Assembly: GCA_035299305.1 (NCBI GenBank) | Contig: DATGWV010000237.1 | Location: 4,235-68,234 of the forward strand | DNA: 64,000 nt | Direction: 5' to 3' | DNA from: Phycisphaerales bacterium | Lineage (GTDB): Bacteria > Planctomycetota > Phycisphaerae > Phycisphaerales > UBA1924 | Shown here: positions 56,212 through 64,000 of the stretch, piece after piece | Numbering within the stretch: position 1 is the stretch's first letter | Layout: every line of letters begins with the position of its first letter | Translations under genes and position numbers: made by a program | The notes under the pieces: generated by a model | What the model was told of the DNA's origin: nothing | Databases searched by the model: none | What the model saw: only the letters and a program-made list of their open reading frames with translations

Positions 56212-57732
56212 ATGGATGCGACCAATTCGATTCGGGTGTTTCTCGACGCGCTGACTGATTTTTGTCAAAGTGCCGGTTGGATGCTCGATCGGCAGCGGCG
56301 ACTGAGCACGCTGGTGCATCCGTCGATCTTGCCTGAGAGCGCGGACACGCTGGCGGAGCGGCGTGCGATCGTGGTTGATCTAGACGAAGCACGGGCGGAG
56401 CTTCGCCATGACAAAGCCGTTGTACTCGAAAGGGCTGTTGTGCCTCCCATTCCGATGAATCGCATTCCCGCGTTGGAGTGGCTACACCTTGTACGGCTGG
56501 ACGTGGAAAGTCTTTCCGAAGACTTAGTCATGCCGCGATTTACACCACAGACCGATGAGGCTTGTTGCGAAATTCTGGAGAGATTGAAAGGTCGCATGAA
56601 AGAGCTTCGGGCGCTACCCGATGTGCCGAGCAAGGTTGTGAGCGTGCAGTCAGGCACGCAAGAACTCTCCGAACATTCCCGGCTCGTCGCCTTTCAACGA
56701 CGAGTGCGTGATCTTGCGACGAAGCAGCCGTTCATCAAGCAACGGTTGCAGCAAGCGTTTGATGAAATGGTCGTGCTTCGCAATGAGTACGACGCGAAGT
56801 GCGCGCGGTATCAGCAGCGCAAGTACCAACTTGCGCGAGAAGCGGTGAAGGCTGAGCCGCGAAAGAACCACGATGCAGGATTTAAGAGGGGTTGGGATCG
56901 AGTCGAGGTACAGGGGCTGTGTCCGGTCAAATTGTTCAATCAAACAAAGGGACTCGCGTTTGATGAGCACCATCGAAGGCAAGGACTCGCGTTCGACAAA
57001 CTTCCATCGCGAGAGAAAGAGTCTGTAAACCGCTGCGCGATCGCGGCGTTGGAATGGCAATTGGAGTACGACGCTGCATCACCGGAGAAGCAAGAGCGGC
57101 TGTACGCGGAACGATTGCAGAAGTATCGGGCAGGATCGCATGTCTTCGCCGAGTACTTCGTTTGGATTGCACCACCGACGGACGTGGAGCGGCCCGACGA
57201 TCCGATTGAACTCGCGAATGATGGACTGCTGCGATTCTCGGTACCTGAGCGAGAATCGATCGCGCTTTACTGGCTAGGTGCCATCGCTGACGATGGCTGG
57301 GCATTTCCGCTCATTGACCGACCTCCCGCCGACTCTGGAAACAGATTGATTGCTTGGGAGCAGCGGGTATGGGTTCATGCAAATCGCGGTGCAAGTCGAT
57401 TCTTGGTAGATGACGCGCACCTGAGTGCGGATGACGCGGAAGCTTTCATGTTGCAGTTGGAGAAGATTGCGGCAGCGGAGTCACTTGGTAACCCTATCAA
57501 GGGCAGTGCGATGACCGACGAGCGGTTGACCGCGGAGCAAGCGTGCAAGCAATACGTGGTCGAAGCAAACACGCTTCGACTTAGGTCGGAACGCGAGGTG
57601 TGGGACGTTTCGCGAACGCCGGGCGGCATGCGGAAGTACCGACGTGAGGACTTAGATCGTGCGGGCTACAAGCCGAGGTCCACGGTACAGCCAAGAAAAG
57701 TGGTCAGAAAGTCAAAAAATGACCGCGAATAA
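56212..57732 (+). CDS. Hypothetical 506-aa island protein with a C-terminal HTH_17/MerR-like segment
   Basis: A clean ATG ORF. The N-terminal half looks coiled-coil-like and contains an internal duplicated string, GLAFDEHHRRQGLAFDKL. The C terminus LTAEQACKQYVVEANTLRLRSEREVWDVSRTPGGMRKYRREDLDRAG resembles excisionase-type HTH domains. Confidence 0.6.
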   Translation: MDATNSIRVFLDALTDFCQSAGWMLDRQRRLSTLVHPSILPESADTLAERRAIVVDLDEARAELRHDKAVVLERAVVPPIPMNRIPALEWLHLVRLDVESLSEDLVMPRFTPQTDEACCEILERLKGRMKELRALPDVPSKVVSVQSGTQELSEHSRLVAFQRRVRDLATKQPFIKQRLQQAFDEMVVLRNEYDAKCARYQQRKYQLAREAVKAEPRKNHDAGFKRGWDRVEVQGLCPVKLFNQTKGLAFDEHHRRQGLAFDKLPSREKESVNRCAIAALEWQLEYDAASPEKQERLYAERLQKYRAGSHVFAEYFVWIAPPTDVERPDDPIELANDGLLRFSVPERESIALYWLGAIADDGWAFPLIDRPPADSGNRLIAWEQRVWVHANRGASRFLVDDAHLSADDAEAFMLQLEKIAAAESLGNPIKGSAMTDERLTAEQACKQYVVEANTLRLRSEREVWDVSRTPGGMRKYRREDLDRAGYKPRSTVQPRKVVRKSKNDRE

Positions 57733-57868
57733 GGGCGCAAAAGGGCGCAAAAGCACGTAAGTTTGTCGCAGGCTGTGAGTAACGCTAGGACAGCAGCCTT
57801 CCAGCAGCGTTTTGTCTGCCGTCGCATCATCGCACATCCCCGTGCGAGTGCGGCGCGGAGAAAACGCA

Positions 57869-58093
57869 ATGCACGGTGAAAATGGCAAAGATCGCAAACC
57901 CGCCCCTGAACCTCTGCTCGTGAGCGAAAGGGCGGCGGGCGTGGCGTTAGGGGTGTCGGCGCGGTCGGTGTTCAACCTACTCGCGCGCGGTGACTTGACC
58001 GCTGTGAGGATCGGCAAACGCAAGCTCGTGACCGTCGCCAGTATCCGCGCATTCATCGAACGTGCGGGCACGCCGGAAGGCGGTGCGGCGTGA
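57869..58093 (+). CDS. Excisionase/AlpA-type (HTH_17) DNA-binding protein
   Basis: LLVSERAAGVALGVSARSVFNLLARGDLTAVRIGKRKLVTVASIRAFIE. Confidence 0.65.
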   Translation: MHGENGKDRKPAPEPLLVSERAAGVALGVSARSVFNLLARGDLTAVRIGKRKLVTVASIRAFIERAGTPEGGAA

Positions 58094-58311
58094 GCAATAC
58101 GACACACAACAACCAATCGGCTCCCGTGCTAGCTGTGCGTCCGCGTGAAGCGGCCCGCATTCTTGGTATCGGCGTGCGGATGCTCTGGTCAAACACAAGC
58201 CCGCGCGGCGAGATTCCGTCGGTTCGCATCGGGCGGGCGGTGCTCTATCGCCCGAGCGACTTGGACGCATGGCTCGCAGCGCAGGCGGGCAAGGCGGTGC
58301 GTCATGGATAA
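58090..58311 (+). CDS. Excisionase/AlpA-type (HTH_17) DNA-binding protein, second copy
   Basis: The GTG start overlaps the previous stop. The HTH reads LAVRPREAARILGIGVRMLWSNTSPRGEIPSVRIGRAVLYRPSDLDAWL. Confidence 0.65.
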   Translation: MSNTTHNNQSAPVLAVRPREAARILGIGVRMLWSNTSPRGEIPSVRIGRAVLYRPSDLDAWLAAQAGKAVRHG

Positions 58312-58780
58312 AACGACGCTTTTCGACGAACTTCCAGATTCGGAACACAACTCCAAAAACGAAGACGCCCGGGCTGGAACCCCGAGCGGCTTCAAGGAAA
58401 ACAGTGAGATGAACTCTATCAACCATCTGCCTCTCATGCCAGCGGTGCGGCGCAACGCACCCGATACTTCACGCCAAGCGGCCCGACGGACGCAAGGTTT
58501 CTTCAACCCGCAACGCGCCAAGGTGCTCGCGTTCGTCGCGGCACAAGGCGAGCACGGCGCGACGGACCCCGAGATTGCGGCGGGTGCTCGTGTCGTGATC
58601 CAAAGCGTGAACCCTCGGCGCGGCGAACTCGCAAAACTGAGGTACATCGCGCTTCGCGGTGACACGCGACCAAGCCCCAGCGGATGCGCGGCCCGTGTGT
58701 GGATCGCGACCGACGCGGGGCGGGCTGCGCTTGCCGAGCACGCCAACGGTGATGCGGCGAAGGGGGTGGCCGATGAATGA
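58304..58780 (+). CDS. Hypothetical protein with a winged-helix-like C-terminal half
   Basis: ATG at 58304 (MDKTTLFDELP). The segment QRAKVLAFVAAQGEHGATDPEIAAGARVVIQSVNPRRGELAKLRYI looks like a wHTH. Confidence 0.5.
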   Translation: MDKTTLFDELPDSEHNSKNEDARAGTPSGFKENSEMNSINHLPLMPAVRRNAPDTSRQAARRTQGFFNPQRAKVLAFVAAQGEHGATDPEIAAGARVVIQSVNPRRGELAKLRYIALRGDTRPSPSGCAARVWIATDAGRAALAEHANGDAAKGVADE

Positions 58781-60416
58781 ACCCCACGAACTGCACGCGC
58801 CCGAAGGTGTGCCCGACGCCTACTGGACGAAACTCGCGCGGCGTGATGGTTCACGCTGGGCAATCGACGAACGCAATGCGGCGGGCGAAGTGATCGGCAC
58901 GGCATATCGCAACGCTGATGGATCGAAGGACACCAAGCCGGGCAGCAAGCGCGGGCTGATACTCGCGTGGCCGCTGGCGAACTACGCGGGAACGTCGGCG
59001 GATGATCCTGTCTTCGTGTGCGAAGGTGCAAGCGACACGGCGGCGGTGATGAGTCTGGGGCTGCACGCGGTCGGTGTGCCGATGGCCGGGCATTGTGCGC
59101 CCATGTTGGCCGAGTTACTGGCCGGACGGTATTCGGTGCTCGTGGCCGATGCTGACAACGCCGGTCGCAAGGGCGCGGCGAAGATTGCGGCGGCGATGCA
59201 CGAAGCTACGGCAAGTGTGCGCATCATCGAACCCCCCGAAGGCGCGAAGGACGCACGGGCGGCGGTGATCGCGGGCGCGGATCAGGCGAACTTCATCGCA
59301 CTGGCGAAGGCGGCGGCCCTCTGGAAACCGACGCACGCGACCGGGAATGCAACGCCCACCGGCGCGGGCGGCAATGTGCCCGTCATCGTGTGCATGGCCG
59401 ATGTGCAGCCGGTGCCCGTGTCCTGGCTCTGGCCCGGGCGTATCGCACGCGGACGAATCACGGTGTTATGTGGGCGGCCCGGCGAAGGTAAGAGCTTCGC
59501 GACGATGGACTGGGCTGCTCGCGTCACAACCGGGCGAGCATGGCCGGATGGCGCGCCTTGTGAGGCAGGATCGGTGCTGCTCGTGGCGGGCGAAGACGAT
59601 CCGGCTGACACGATTCGCCCAAGGCTGGACGCACACGGCGGCGATGCAAACCGAGTGCGGATGCTTTGCGGGGTGTCGCGAGTGGGCAAAGGCGGGCAGC
59701 GCGTCGAAGCGGCATTCACGCTGGCGGATATGCCGGAACTCGAAGCGACGCTGGCGACGATGCCCGATTGCAAGCTGCTGATTATCGATCCGATTGGCAG
59801 CTTCATGGGTGGCAAAGTGGACGCTCACCGGGACAACGAAGTGCGCGCCGTTCTCGCGCCGCTGGCGGCACTAGCGCAGCGCACTGGCGTGGCGGTGCTG
59901 CTCGTGGCACACCAACGCAAGGGCGCGGCAACGCATGCCGATGATCTGGTGATGGGATCGCGAGCGTTCACGGGTATCGCACGATCCGTGATTCACCTGC
60001 TGGCCGATCCCGACGACGACAAGCGGCGGCTGCTGCTCGCGGGCAAGAACAATCTGGCGGAACCCGCGCCCGGGCTGGCGTTCACGTTCACGGGCACGCC
60101 CGCACGCATCGAATGGGAACGCGACCCGGTGAAGACGACGGCGGCGGATGTGCTGGTAGCGCAAGCGACCAGTGGCGAGCGGCGCAGCAAACGCCGGGAT
60201 GCAGCCGAGTGGATCGCCGAGTATCTCGCGGCTGGCCCCCGACCGGCTGCGGATGTGGAGCGTGATGCACTCGCGGCGGGCATCGCAAAGTCAACACTGA
60301 ACCGGGCGAAGACGGACGCGGGCGTGGAACCGATCAAATCTGGATTCGACGGTGGTTGGATGTGGCAGCTTCCCCAAGGATGCCAAGCCGGGCGCGAAGA
60401 TAGCCAAAGCGGGTAG
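58773..60416 (+). CDS. Toprim + RecA-like (AAA_25/RepA-type) primase-helicase
   Basis: The ATG at 58773 overlaps the previous stop. Toprim: VFVCEGASDTAAVMSLGLHAVGVP...VLVADADNAGRKGA. P-loop: VLCGRPGEGKSFATMDWA. Walker B: LLIIDPIGSF. Confidence 0.8.
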   Translation: MNEPHELHAPEGVPDAYWTKLARRDGSRWAIDERNAAGEVIGTAYRNADGSKDTKPGSKRGLILAWPLANYAGTSADDPVFVCEGASDTAAVMSLGLHAVGVPMAGHCAPMLAELLAGRYSVLVADADNAGRKGAAKIAAAMHEATASVRIIEPPEGAKDARAAVIAGADQANFIALAKAAALWKPTHATGNATPTGAGGNVPVIVCMADVQPVPVSWLWPGRIARGRITVLCGRPGEGKSFATMDWAARVTTGRAWPDGAPCEAGSVLLVAGEDDPADTIRPRLDAHGGDANRVRMLCGVSRVGKGGQRVEAAFTLADMPELEATLATMPDCKLLIIDPIGSFMGGKVDAHRDNEVRAVLAPLAALAQRTGVAVLLVAHQRKGAATHADDLVMGSRAFTGIARSVIHLLADPDDDKRRLLLAGKNNLAEPAPGLAFTFTGTPARIEWERDPVKTTAADVLVAQATSGERRSKRRDAAEWIAEYLAAGPRPAADVERDALAAGIAKSTLNRAKTDAGVEPIKSGFDGGWMWQLPQGCQAGREDSQSG

Positions 60417-60566
60417 TTGGATGCCTTCGCCGACAACCCCACGAATACAGCGGAATCGCCCGAAGGTTGCCAACGCACACACGTTGGCAATCTTCGCGGC
60501 GCGAAAACTCACGAGAACGATCAAACTAGAGTTGCACTAACGCAACGTGTGTGGTAGGATCACGCC

Positions 60567-60788
60567 ATGAAGACGGTTTCGATGCAGCTTCGCGAAGCAA
60601 TCGAGCGGAGCGGAAAAAGCCGGTACGAGATTGCCCGACAGACGGGCGTGAATGCGTCGGTACTCAGCCGATTCGTCGCCAGCGGGCGCGGACTTCGTTC
60701 GCACAACGTCGATGCGTTGTGTGCGTACCTGGGCCTGACGCTGGTGAAGGTGAAGACGACGGGCAAGGCCCGCAAAGGGGGTGCATGA
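60567..60788 (+). CDS. XRE-type HTH regulator
   Basis: MKTVSMQLREAIERSGKSRYEIARQTGVNASVLSRFVASGRGLRSHNVDALCAYLGL. The stop overlaps the integrase start (ATGATG). Confidence 0.6.
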   Translation: MKTVSMQLREAIERSGKSRYEIARQTGVNASVLSRFVASGRGLRSHNVDALCAYLGLTLVKVKTTGKARKGGA

Positions 60789-62176
60789 TGGCACGTTCTA
60801 AAGGCACTGGCAGCATCTTCAAGAAAACACCCAAAGGCCCGTGGATCGCCAGCTATTGGGATCACAAGGGCAAGCGTCGCGAGCATTCGACGCGGACGAC
60901 CGACAAGGCATCCGCCGAGCGCATTCTCAACAAGCTCGTGGCAGAGGCCGCGCTCCGTCGCGACCTTGTGATTGATCCGGCGCAGGATCGCTTCGCGGTG
61001 GAAGGCCGCAAGTCTCTGGCCGAGCACACGGCGGCTTACATCGCCCACTGCGAACGCGCTGGGCACGATCCGCACCACGTTGCGCAGAAGAAATCGCAGC
61101 TTGCGGCGATGGTGGTGGGGAGCAAGGCATCCCGGCTGGCGGAACTGACAGCCGATGCGCTGGAGCTTCACCTGTCCGCGTTGCAGGACCGTGGCTTGTC
61201 GGCTCGCAGCGTGAACTTCGCACGCCAAATCGCCGTGGCGTTCTACTCGTGGTGCGTCCGCACTGGACGCGCCCAAGCGAATCCGCTGGCGATTGTGCCC
61301 AAGCTGGACGAATCTCGCGACCGGCGGCGCGTGCGTCGCCCGCTGACCGATGACGAACTCGCTCGGCTGCTCGAAGTGGCACACGAACGCGGGCGCGATG
61401 CGTGGTATCTCGCGGCTGCGCTCGCGGGGCTGCGCAAGGGGGATATGGCAAAGCTCACTTGGGCCGATGTGAACTTCACCGAAAGCACGCTCACGCTGCG
61501 GCATGGCAAGGCGAAGCGGGTAGACACGCTCCCGATGCACCCCCAGCTAGCCGATGCTCTGCGCCGTCGGCTGGACGCAAACCCCGCACTCCCGACGGCG
61601 CGGGTGTGGCCCGAGACTGTTCGCGACCTGACCCGGCTGAAAGACTTTGAGCGGGCTGGCATCGCGAAGTGGGTGACGGTGACGGGCAAGGATGGCAAGC
61701 CCAAGCGGCGTATCTCCGTCGAAGACGACGAAGGCCGCGTGATCGATCTGCACGCGCTTCGCACGACGCTGGGCACGCAACTGGCGCGGGCCGGCGTTGC
61801 GCCGCAAGTGGCCCAGCGGGTGATGCGGCACTCGGATTACAAGACGACTTTGAAGCATTACACGGTGTTGGGGCTGACGGATACCACGGCGGCGGTGGCG
61901 AAGCTCCCGAGCATTCACACGCCCGGAAGGCACGCGGCAACGGGCACGATGCACGCGAGCGCAGCGGACGCGGAAGGCCCCCAGCTATTCTGCCAGCAGT
62001 TGGAGAGCGAAACCGATCAAACTGGTGCAAAGTGGCGCGATGATGCGGCGCGTGGTGATCGCAAAGGTGATCGCTCGAAAGCGGCCCGAAACTGCGGAGA
62101 TTCGCACGTTTCTGGGCACTCACTCGCAAAGCGGACGACGGGATTTGAACCCGCAACATTCAGCTTGGAAGGCTGA
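60785..62176 (+). CDS. int: Tyrosine recombinase (phage-type integrase); the 3' end runs into the tRNA-derived att repeat
   Basis: The N-terminal arm-binding-like region is MARSKGTGSIFKKTPKGPWIASYWDHKGKRREHSTRT. The catalytic region includes LAGLRKGDMAKL, HALRTTLGTQLARAG and VMRHSDYKTTLKHYT. The last codons (AKRTTGFEPATFSLEG-stop) are antisense to the tRNA. Confidence 0.85.
   Translation: MMARSKGTGSIFKKTPKGPWIASYWDHKGKRREHSTRTTDKASAERILNKLVAEAALRRDLVIDPAQDRFAVEGRKSLAEHTAAYIAHCERAGHDPHHVAQKKSQLAAMVVGSKASRLAELTADALELHLSALQDRGLSARSVNFARQIAVAFYSWCVRTGRAQANPLAIVPKLDESRDRRRVRRPLTDDELARLLEVAHERGRDAWYLAAALAGLRKGDMAKLTWADVNFTESTLTLRHGKAKRVDTLPMHPQLADALRRRLDANPALPTARVWPETVRDLTRLKDFERAGIAKWVTVTGKDGKPKRRISVEDDEGRVIDLHALRTTLGTQLARAGVAPQVAQRVMRHSDYKTTLKHYTVLGLTDTTAAVAKLPSIHTPGRHAATGTMHASAADAEGPQLFCQQLESETDQTGAKWRDDAARGDRKGDRSKAARNCGDSHVSGHSLAKRTTGFEPATFSLEG
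62128..62173. repeat. attR: 46-bp direct repeat inside the intact tRNA-Gly
   Basis: Identical to 47547-47592. Confidence 0.85.
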
Positions 62177-62201
62177 CACTCTACCGTTGAGTTACGTCCG
62201 C
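62130..62201 (-). tRNA. tRNA-Gly (anticodon UCC), 72 nt, CCA not encoded
   Basis: Reverse complement: GCGGACG TA ACTC AACGGTA GAGT G TCAGC CTTCCAA GCTGA ATGTT GCGGG TTCAAAT CCCGT CGTCCGC T. It folds by hand into a cloverleaf with 7/4/5/5-bp stems. Confidence 0.9.
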
Positions 62202-62288
62202 GAAATCTAACCGTGGATTCTACGCCGCGCGTTGGCCACTCAGCCGGGTTAGCATGTGGGGTTGGTCGCCTTTCCCGGGTGTCTTCTC

Positions 62289-62888
62289 ATGGCCGGATCG
62301 CTTCCTGTCACCACGTCGCTCCTGCTGGACGCTCTTCGCGATGAGGGCGACCAGGGCGGTTGGCGTGAGTTCACGGATCGGTACTGGCCCGTGCTCGTCG
62401 GGCTGGGTGTGCATTTGGGTCTCACGGAGACTGACGCGGCTGACGCGGCACAATGGACGCTCGTGGAGTTCCTGCGAGAGTTTCGCGCGGGGCGATATCA
62501 GCGTGGCAAAGGTCGTCTCAGTGCGTTTGTCATCGGCATCGCGAAGAACCGCATTCGTGCGCTGCGCCGACAGAGCGTGAAACGCGCTCCTGCTGGTGTC
62601 GAGATCGCTGATGAAATTGACGACGTGACATTGCAGCATGTGTGGGAACAGCAACGCCGGAGCGTCATCTTGCAGCAGGCGCTCAAGAAACTGCGCGAGT
62701 CGCCCAAACTCGCGTCATCGACGTTTCAGGCGTTTGAGCTGGTTGCGCTCCGCGACGTTCCGGCGGAAGAAGCTGCGCGGCAGGCGGGCATCAGCGTTGA
62801 TGATGTCTACCTCGCTCGGCATCGCTGTACGCGTCGTTTGCGCGAGATCGTCGATGAACTGACTGCCGCGTGGGATCAGGAGGAATAG
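62289..62888 (+). CDS. ECF-type RNA polymerase sigma factor
   Basis: Track ORF 62256..62888; ATG at 62289. Region 2 is FTDRYWPVLVGLGVHLGLTETDAADAAQWTLVEF. Region 4 is AFELVALRDVPAEEAARQAGISVDDVYLARHRCTRRLR. Confidence 0.8.
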   Translation: MAGSLPVTTSLLLDALRDEGDQGGWREFTDRYWPVLVGLGVHLGLTETDAADAAQWTLVEFLREFRAGRYQRGKGRLSAFVIGIAKNRIRALRRQSVKRAPAGVEIADEIDDVTLQHVWEQQRRSVILQQALKKLRESPKLASSTFQAFELVALRDVPAEEAARQAGISVDDVYLARHRCTRRLREIVDELTAAWDQEE

Positions 62889-64000
62889 TTGGACACGACC
62901 GGCCACGTCTGCCCGACGGAAGATTCGCTCGTGCTGCTCGCCGCGAACCACGCGGGATTGCGGCAGGCGCAAGCCGCGTTTGCGGTGTGTCCGCGCTGCA
63001 CGCGGCTGCTTCGGGACATCGAGCGCGATCGCGGCTTTGAAGCTGATCTGCGAGTTGTTGCGCAGCGTTCGCTGGTTGCAAGCACGTTCGAGAGTCGAGG
63101 TCTGCCGGCTGCGCCTGCGGCGAGTGGCACGGATCGATTGCCCGTGATTGCCGGTTACGAAGTCATCGAAGAATTGCATCGTGGCGGACAGGGAGTTGTG
63201 TACCGCGCAGTCCAGGAGACGACCAAACGTGCGGTCGCGGTGAAGCTGCTGCTTGCGGGCCAGCTCGCGTCGCTGCGCGAACGCTACCGCTTTGAACGCG
63301 AGATCGAGATTGCGTCATCGCTCAAGCATCCCAACATCGTCTCGATCTTTGAAGGACTCGAAACCAGTGACGGCCGCTTGGGCTATGCGATGGAACTGGT
63401 CGAAGGTGATTCGCTGGATGCGTGGGCTGCGGCACGGCGGGCTGCGTCGCCGCTCACCACAAAGGACCATCAGCGCGCCAGTCTCGAGCTGATGGCAAAG
63501 GTGTGTCGAGCGGTGCAGTACGCGCACGCACGCGGCGTCATTCATCGCGATCTCAAGCCCGGCAACATCCTCATCGACGCGAGCGATGAGCCGCATGTGC
63601 TCGACTTTGGTCTCGCGCGTCGCAATGACGAACCTGCGCAGCGAGCTCGCGAAGGTGGGTCTTCCATCACGATGCCGGGCGAGTTTCTCGGCACGCCGCA
63701 GTATGCGTCTCCCGAGCAGATGGAGCTGGCGCAGACCGAAGTCGATGGCCGCGCGGACGTATACGCGCTGGGTGTGATGCTCTACAAACTTGTGTGCGGC
63801 GACATGCCGTATAGCGTCGATGGCTCGGTCAAGCAGATCATCGACAGTGTGTGCCGCGCTGAACCGGTAAAGCCGCGTACGACCGCGGCGAAGCACAAGT
63901 TGGCGCCAATCAATCTTGATCTCGAGACGATTTTGTTGAAGGCGCTCGCCAAAGATCGCGAACGCCGCTACCAGACTGCGCTGAGTCTCGCGCAGGACAT
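62889..64000 (+). CDS. Ser/Thr protein kinase with an N-terminal Cys/His (anti-sigma-like) segment; 3' end lies outside the window
   Basis: The frame is open from TTG 62889 (or GTG 62931) to the window end, so it is not in the ORF track. The start abuts the sigma factor stop. Kinase motifs: HRGGQGVVYRA, VAVKLL, HRDLKPGNIL, DFGLARR, GTPQYASPEQ. The N-terminal segment reads CPTED...HAGLRQAQAAFAVCPRC. Confidence 0.85.
   Translation, partial: MDTTGHVCPTEDSLVLLAANHAGLRQAQAAFAVCPRCTRLLRDIERDRGFEADLRVVAQRSLVASTFESRGLPAAPAASGTDRLPVIAGYEVIEELHRGGQGVVYRAVQETTKRAVAVKLLLAGQLASLRERYRFEREIEIASSLKHPNIVSIFEGLETSDGRLGYAMELVEGDSLDAWAAARRAASPLTTKDHQRASLELMAKVCRAVQYAHARGVIHRDLKPGNILIDASDEPHVLDFGLARRNDEPAQRAREGGSSITMPGEFLGTPQYASPEQMELAQTEVDGRADVYALGVMLYKLVCGDMPYSVDGSVKQIIDSVCRAEPVKPRTTAAKHKLAPINLDLETILLKALAKDRERRYQTALSLAQD

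Larger units (their letters stand above)
47547..62173. mobile_element. tRNA-Gly-integrated genomic island (~14.6 kb) carrying an integration/replication module and a type I RM-PrrC-like defence cargo
   Basis: Exact 46-bp direct repeats sit at both ends. The integrase abuts the intact tRNA. The interior carries xis-like HTH genes, a Toprim/AAA_25 primase-helicase and an XRE regulator. There is an internal compositional break at ~48.35-55.8 kb. Confidence 0.8.

Noticed and set aside
62117-62176. The possibility that the last ~20 codons of the integrase ORF (antisense to the tRNA) are merely a spurious extension, with the true stop upstream.
   Set aside because: There is no in-frame stop between the catalytic Tyr region and 62174, so the ORF as written is what the DNA encodes. 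Whether the tail is functional is treated as an open question in the findings rather than dismissed.

Overview
The window is a high-G+C bacterial chromosome segment. The gene content looks Planctomycetota-like to me (an ECF sigma factor paired with a Ser/Thr kinase, an FHA-histidine kinase, a lone secretin, many secreted repeat proteins), but taxonomy cannot be proven from the sequence alone.

**Layout**
- **1-13.9 kb:** a cluster of secreted proteins around an orphan secretin. Three of them (a Ca-motif repeat protein, a giant Cys-module repeat protein, and a GH57-like enzyme with a CBM) end in the same 63-aa tandem dockerin-like module.
- **13.9-23 kb:** housekeeping and miscellaneous genes: DinB, a solo ABC permease, a FabZ-like dehydratase, an Hc1-like histone, an APH-like kinase, an ABC exporter, murE and DoxX.
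- **23.06-25.7 kb:** a 1305-bp cassette duplicated in tandem. Each copy encodes a 360-aa secreted protein with near-identical ends and a diverged core.
- **25.7-28.3 kb:** a small KxDG ligase-like gene, two lower-G+C orphan genes, and tmRNA (ssrA, minus strand).
- **28.4-47.5 kb:** TetR, membrane proteins, a PDZ protein, GH3, DinB, NRDE/TANGO2, a PIG-L deacetylase, an FHA-GAF-histidine kinase, a PepSY protein, a PP2C phosphatase coupled to a degenerate AAA+, and copA.
- **47547-62173:** a ~14.6-kb integrated element bounded by exact 46-bp direct repeats derived from tRNA-Gly(UCC).
  - It carries a tyrosine integrase, an XRE regulator, a Toprim/AAA_25 primase-helicase and two excisionase-like HTH proteins.
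  - It also carries a 506-aa orphan and a visibly lower-G+C hsdM-hsdS-prrC-like-hsdR operon (type I RM plus an anticodon-nuclease-like ATPase).
  - The operon lies next to the frameshifted remnant of an older hsdR.
  - The integrase ORF would be extended by 64 codons across the attachment site in the excised circle.
- **After the tRNA:** an ECF sigma factor and a partial Ser/Thr kinase.

A REP-like 13-bp-arm palindrome family occurs seven times, always between genes. I found no rRNA and no CRISPR array. All family assignments come from motif recognition by eye and need HMM or BLAST confirmation.
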